DNA of 64,000 nucleotides from Bacilli bacterium (GTDB lineage Bacteria; Bacillota_I; Bacilli_A; RF39; UBA660): NCBI GenBank assembly GCA_028691955.1, contig JAQUYH010000007.1, positions 745 to 64,744 of the forward strand, read 5' to 3'. Shown piece by piece: positions 60,120 to 64,000 of this stretch (position 1 is its first letter; each line of letters starts with the position of its first letter). The notes under the pieces were generated by a model. It saw only the letters and a program-made list of their open reading frames with translations, ran no database searches and was not told where the DNA came from. The position numbers and the translations under genes were made by a program.

Positions 60120-60842
60120 ATGGAAAGATTACAAAAAGTTATAGCTAATAGCGGCTACTGTTCAAGAAGAAAAGCAGAAGAATTAATAAATGATAGAAAA
60201 GTAAAAGTAAATGGAAAATTTGCAGTTATAGGGATGCAAGTATCAGATAAAGACGAAATAGAAGTAGAAGGAAATACAATAGCAAAAGAAGATAAAGTTT
60301 ATTTTTTATTAAATAAACCAAGAGGCGTTGTAACAACAGCTAAAGACGATAAAAATAGAACTACAGTAGTAGATTTAATAAATACAAGTAAAAGAATATA
60401 TCCTGTTGGAAGATTAGACTATGATACAACAGGGCTGCTTATTTTAACAAATGATGGAGAATTAGCCAACTTATTAACTCATCCAAAGAGTGAAATAGAA
60501 AAAGTATATGTAGCTAAAGTAAAAGGGATTGTTAGTTACGAAAACATAAAAAAATTATCTAGTGGAGTATATATAGATGGCATTAAAACAGCTAAAGCTA
60601 AAGCTAAAATAATTCGTTTTGATAAAGATAAAAAGACTACAATAGTTGAACTAACTATTCATGAAGGAAAGAACCATCAAGTAAAAAAAATGTTTGAATC
60701 TTTAGGATATGAAGTATTAAAACTAAAAAGAGAAAGAGAATCATTCTTAGATTTGCAAGGCTTAAATGTAGGAGAATATAGGAACTTAACTCCAAAAGAA
60801 GTAAAGAAACTATACGGAGAATTAAACTCAAAACAAAATTGA
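60120..60842 (+). CDS. rluB: 23S rRNA pseudouridine synthase, RsuA/RluB family (S4 domain)
   Basis: MERLQKVIANSGYCSRRKAEELI and the catalytic GRLDYDTTGLL. Confidence 0.85.
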   Translation: MERLQKVIANSGYCSRRKAEELINDRKVKVNGKFAVIGMQVSDKDEIEVEGNTIAKEDKVYFLLNKPRGVVTTAKDDKNRTTVVDLINTSKRIYPVGRLDYDTTGLLILTNDGELANLLTHPKSEIEKVYVAKVKGIVSYENIKKLSSGVYIDGIKTAKAKAKIIRFDKDKKTTIVELTIHEGKNHQVKKMFESLGYEVLKLKRERESFLDLQGLNVGEYRNLTPKEVKKLYGELNSKQN

Positions 60843-60852
60843 TAGGTTTAAA

Positions 60853-60877
60853 GGAAACTAACTAGTTTCTTTTTTTG
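60853..60877 (+). terminator. Rho-independent terminator after rluB
   Basis: GAAACTA-ac-TAGTTTC followed by T7. Confidence 0.65.
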
Positions 60878-60915
60878 TGACCAAATGCTATAATTATATG
60901 AGAAAAGAGGTATAT

Positions 60916-61782
60916 ATGAAATTAATAATAGGAAGTCATGTATCTTTTAAAAAAGAAGAACAATTACTTGGAAGTTTAAAAGAAGCTCTTTCTTATAAAG
61001 CTAATACCTTTATGCTTTATACAGGAGCTCCACAAAATACAAATAGGCAACCAATAAATAAAGAATTAACTTTAAAAGCTCAATCTTTAATGAAAGAAAA
61101 CAATATCGATATAAATAATTTAGTAGTTCACGCTCCATATATTATAAACTTAGCTAATGAAAAAAATTTAGATTTTTCAATCAGATTTTTAAAGGAAGAA
61201 TTAAAAAGATGTGAGGAATTAGGTATATATAAACTTGTTCTTCATCCTGGAAGTCATGTGGGATTAGGATTAGAAAAAGGAATAGAAAATATTGTGTTTG
61301 CCTTAAATCAAGTAAAAGATTCAAAAGTTAAAATATGCTTAGAAACTATGGCTGGTAAAGGTAGCGAGATAGGAACAATAGAAGAGTTACAAACAATAAT
61401 AGATAAATCAGAAAATAAAAATTTACTAATTTGCATAGACACATGCCATTTAAATGATGCTGGATATGATTTAAATGATTTCAACAATATTTTAAACAAG
61501 ATAGATAATTTGATTGGAATTGATAAAATTGGATGCGTTCATGTTAATGATAGCAAAAATGTCATATCAGCTCATAAAGACCGTCATGCTAATATAGGCT
61601 TTGGAACAATATCATTTAATACATTAATAAATATTATCTATAATGAGAAACTTGCTAGTGTTCCTAAAATACTAGAAACACCATATGTTGATGTCTACCC
61701 ACCATATAAATATGAAATAGAAATGATTAGAAATAAGAAATTTAATGAAAATTTATTAAATGATATTATAAATCAAAAATAA
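60916..61782 (+). CDS. nfo: Endonuclease IV
   Basis: MKLIIGSHVS ... VVHAPYIINLA ... HPGSH ... CIDTCH. ATG after AAGAGG. Confidence 0.85.
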   Translation: MKLIIGSHVSFKKEEQLLGSLKEALSYKANTFMLYTGAPQNTNRQPINKELTLKAQSLMKENNIDINNLVVHAPYIINLANEKNLDFSIRFLKEELKRCEELGIYKLVLHPGSHVGLGLEKGIENIVFALNQVKDSKVKICLETMAGKGSEIGTIEELQTIIDKSENKNLLICIDTCHLNDAGYDLNDFNNILNKIDNLIGIDKIGCVHVNDSKNVISAHKDRHANIGFGTISFNTLINIIYNEKLASVPKILETPYVDVYPPYKYEIEMIRNKKFNENLLNDIINQK

Positions 61783-61841
61783 AGATTGTTTTTTTAATAA
61801 TAGAGTGCTAGAATATAAACATTTATTAATTAGGAGTATTT

Positions 61842-62255
61842 ATGGCAAATATAGAATATGATGAAGTTACAGCAAAAAGAAGGAAGATTATTAATCACGC
61901 AATGGAGCCAATCGACAATGCGGTTGAAATTTTACAAGAATCAATTTGTACTATGTATTTTAAAAGTAGAATCCATATAGTTGGAATAGATAGAACTTCA
62001 TGGAATAAACGCTACAAGGGAGAGTTGGATTTTCTTGAAGCAATTTATCAAATAAATAAAGAAAAAAGAAATATTTTATATAAGATTATTTCGGAATGCG
62101 ATGTATCTCCATTTGACATAGAAGAATTCACAACGTTGTCTCTAGAACAATTAAAGTATATTTATGATTGTCGCTTTTCAAATAAAAAAGAAGCTTCTAA
62201 AATTTTACTCTTTAAATCACCATCAAAACGTCAAATTAATCAATGTTCAAAATAA
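61842..62255 (+). CDS. Hypothetical 137-aa protein
   Basis: A RBS. No family recognised. Confidence 0.4.
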   Translation: MANIEYDEVTAKRRKIINHAMEPIDNAVEILQESICTMYFKSRIHIVGIDRTSWNKRYKGELDFLEAIYQINKEKRNILYKIISECDVSPFDIEEFTTLSLEQLKYIYDCRFSNKKEASKILLFKSPSKRQINQCSK

Positions 62256-62327
62256 TATAAAAAAATGTTTGAAATATTATAATAATCTGTTATAATACTA
62301 GAGTATATGCATTAAAAGGAGGGAAGT

Positions 62328-62495
62328 TATGGCTAAAAAAGGTGAAAACCGTGAAGGAATTGATTTACAATGCACAGAATGCAAAGAAATCAATTACCGT
62401 AGCGTTAAAAATAAAAAAAATACAACTGAACGTTTAGAGATAAAAAAATATTGTCCTAAATGTAAAAAATCAACAGTACACAAAGAAAAAAAATA
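62328..62495 (+). CDS. rpmG: 50S ribosomal protein L33, with an apparent +1 frameshift at ~62460
   Basis: [25 protein letters not shown]...LEIKKYCPK is in frame from the ATG at 62328. The conserved tail [11 protein letters not shown] is in the +1 frame. As written the ORF reads ...CPKL*, with an extra T in AAATTGT. Confidence 0.6.
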
Positions 62496-62522
62496 ATAAC
62501 TTAAGTAGTAGGGGAGTTTTAT

Positions 62523-62726
62523 ATGGCAAAAAATTTTTCTGTTTGTTGTGATGCAATATTTGGAATGGTTGGCACACCATTATTTTCTCAAAAAGCAAAA
62601 AGAGTGCAAGTGCCAAAGCAAATAGTATCAATATGTGGGGAACCACATGTTGTAGTAAATGTAAAAAAACTAATAAGAACAACAAAAAGAAGTGAAGGAA
62701 TGGGAAGTAGAAGGAAAGTGAGATAG
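62523..62726 (+). CDS. Hypothetical small basic protein (67 aa)
   Basis: Strong RBS AGGGGAG. Its stop abuts the efp RBS. Unknown family. Confidence 0.3.
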   Translation: MAKNFSVCCDAIFGMVGTPLFSQKAKRVQVPKQIVSICGEPHVVVNVKKLIRTTKRSEGMGSRRKVR

Positions 62727-62727
62727 T

Positions 62728-63285
62728 ATGTTCAATATAAACGATATTAAAAATGGCATTACTTTCTTATATGAAGATAATATTTATCAAGTTTTAGATT
62801 TTCTACATGTTAAACCAGGTAAGGGTGCAGCATTTGTAAAAGCTAAAATTAAAAATCTAAGAACGGGTTCAATAGTTGAAAAAACATTTAATACAAGTAT
62901 TAAACTAGAAAAAGCCATGATTGAAAAGAAAACAATGCAATATCTTTATGCAAATGGAGATAATTATGTTTTCATGAATATGGAAGACTATGAACAAATA
63001 GAACTTTCAAAAGATCATCTTGGTGAAGATTATTTATATTTAAAAGAAAATGATGAAGTAAGTATTACTTTCTATAAAGGTGAGGTTTTAGGTATCTCAT
63101 TACCTGATAAAGTAACTATGACAGTTACAAAAACAGAGCCAGCAGTAAAAGGAAATACAACTAATAATGCAACAAAAGATGCAACATTAGAAACAGGACT
63201 TACAGTTAGAGTTCCTTTATTTGTTGAAGAAGGCGAAAAAATAATAATTTCAACTAGTGATGGAAAGTATGTATCAAGAGCTTAA
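62728..63285 (+). CDS. efp: Elongation factor P
   Basis: Conserved EF-P sequence, including the KPGKG loop. Confidence 0.9.
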   Translation: MFNINDIKNGITFLYEDNIYQVLDFLHVKPGKGAAFVKAKIKNLRTGSIVEKTFNTSIKLEKAMIEKKTMQYLYANGDNYVFMNMEDYEQIELSKDHLGEDYLYLKENDEVSITFYKGEVLGISLPDKVTMTVTKTEPAVKGNTTNNATKDATLETGLTVRVPLFVEEGEKIIISTSDGKYVSRA

Positions 63286-63349
63286 TATTAAGTTCTTTTT
63301 TTTAAATATTTAATTGAAACTATGATATATTTAATGTAGGAGAATTCAT

Positions 63350-64000
63350 ATGAAAAAATCAATAAAAAATATTGTCTTAATTTTCTTTTTCTTTTTCATG
63401 TTTCCTATTATTGGAAGTTGCAAAACAATAACCAGCACTGACTACTTAATAACTAGTGGTTCATCAATTAAAACAATTGGTGGTGAAAGTATTGTTTTAA
63501 AAGGTGTAAATATAGGAGGATGGTTACTACAGACTATATATATGAGCCCTGTTAGTGCAGGTGGAACAGAAGTTGACCAAACATATATTAATAGCCAATT
63601 GATATCAAGATTTGGCGAATCTTCAACAAAAAGTTTGTACACTATATATTACAACAATTACATAACTACAAGTGATTTAGATGTTATAGCTTCAACTAAT
63701 GCCAATGTAGTACGTGTATCTTTTTGGTGGCGTAATTTCATGGATGAAGATGGTAATTTAACTAATGATTATAGCAAATTAGATTGGCTTGTTAGTGAAT
63801 GCAGCAAAAGAGGCTTATATGTTATATTAGACATGCATGGAGCTCCTGGTTCACAAAATGGAAGTATTTCATCAGGCTTAATAACAGATACTCCAACATT
63901 TTTTGCCCAGACAACAGACGGCTTAAACAATAGAACTTTAGCTATAAATCTTTGGAAGTCAATAGCAACACATTTTAAAGACAATGCTACTATAGCAGGA
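63350..64000 (+). CDS. Secreted lipoprotein, glycoside hydrolase family 5-like (exo-beta-1,3-glucanase-type); 3' end beyond the window
   Basis: Lipobox IIGSC. LDMHGAPGSQNG (GH5 Exg-type motif). The ORF stays open to the window end. Confidence 0.55.
   Translation, partial: MKKSIKNIVLIFFFFFMFPIIGSCKTITSTDYLITSGSSIKTIGGESIVLKGVNIGGWLLQTIYMSPVSAGGTEVDQTYINSQLISRFGESSTKSLYTIYYNNYITTSDLDVIASTNANVVRVSFWWRNFMDEDGNLTNDYSKLDWLVSECSKRGLYVILDMHGAPGSQNGSISSGLITDTPTFFAQTTDGLNNRTLAINLWKSIATHFKDNATIAG

Noticed and set aside
62470-62685. Minus-strand 71-aa ORF antisense to rpmG and orf67
   Set aside because: The protein is hydrophobic and low-complexity (LLFFFFVYC). It is antisense to a conserved ribosomal gene. 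I used its coordinates only to confirm nucleotide indexing of the rpmG frameshift.

Overview
This is a strongly AT-rich window from a walled, low-GC Firmicutes-type chromosome using the standard code 11. TGG is Trp; TGA is used as a stop (tsaE). Most of it is conserved housekeeping DNA:
- tsaE-tsaB-rimI-tsaD, pcrA, and a 12-tRNA array.
- secE-nusG-rplK-rplA-rplJ-rplL-ybxB-rpoB-rpoC.
- ireB-ruvX-DUF1292-mltG, uppP, rlmD, and aspS behind a T-box leader.
- rbfA, then a T-box-led HAD-hydrolase/deoC/tyrS operon.
- rpsD, ezrA, thiI, rluB, nfo, rpmG, efp.

Three stretches look accessory.

1. Directly 3' of the tRNA array (tRNA-Pro is the last tRNA) lies a ~2.3 kb segment, 9167-11485. It is bounded by a degenerate direct repeat of the tRNA-Pro 3' end (9151-9180 versus 11455-11482). 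It carries one tight three-gene operon and no integrase:
- a 106-aa Trp-rich protein with an in-frame 9-bp tandem repeat encoding (GYP)n;
- a 222-aa protein with a C-terminal HEPN-like R-x4-H motif (RNKIMH);
- a 303-aa protein of unknown function.
This is my best candidate for an undescribed abortive-infection, toxin or defence module. A ~10 kb tract of small hydrolase and regulator genes follows, running up to secE. These are yjjX, YkgJ, DUF3761, two metallophosphoesterases, GNATs, Nudix, MerR, a ferredoxin-thioredoxin protein and a flavodoxin. Three of these genes share a near-identical terminator+promoter+RBS cassette.

2. Between rlmD and aspS sits an AAA_21-type ATPase. It is followed by a 443-aa fusion of an unknown coiled-coil N-domain with a PIG-L/LmbE deacetylase domain, then an MBL-fold hydrolase, an unknown 271-aa protein and two GNATs.

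3. A 259-aa 7-TM protein at 47029-47808 has the hallmarks of a heliorhodopsin: E110 in an RWYEY motif, an S241-x3-K245 pair in TM7, and His19/His85.

Other oddities:
- an apparent +1 frameshift near the 3' end of rpmG;
- a frameshifted P-loop kinase at the window start;
- a degenerate GGDEF protein after tsaD;
- tandem CYTH-like paralogs;
- a perfect 13-bp hairpin plus T-tract in the leader of the DUF3761 gene.

No CRISPR array, rRNA or integrase/transposase is visible. All calls are from reading the sequence by eye; no database searches were run.
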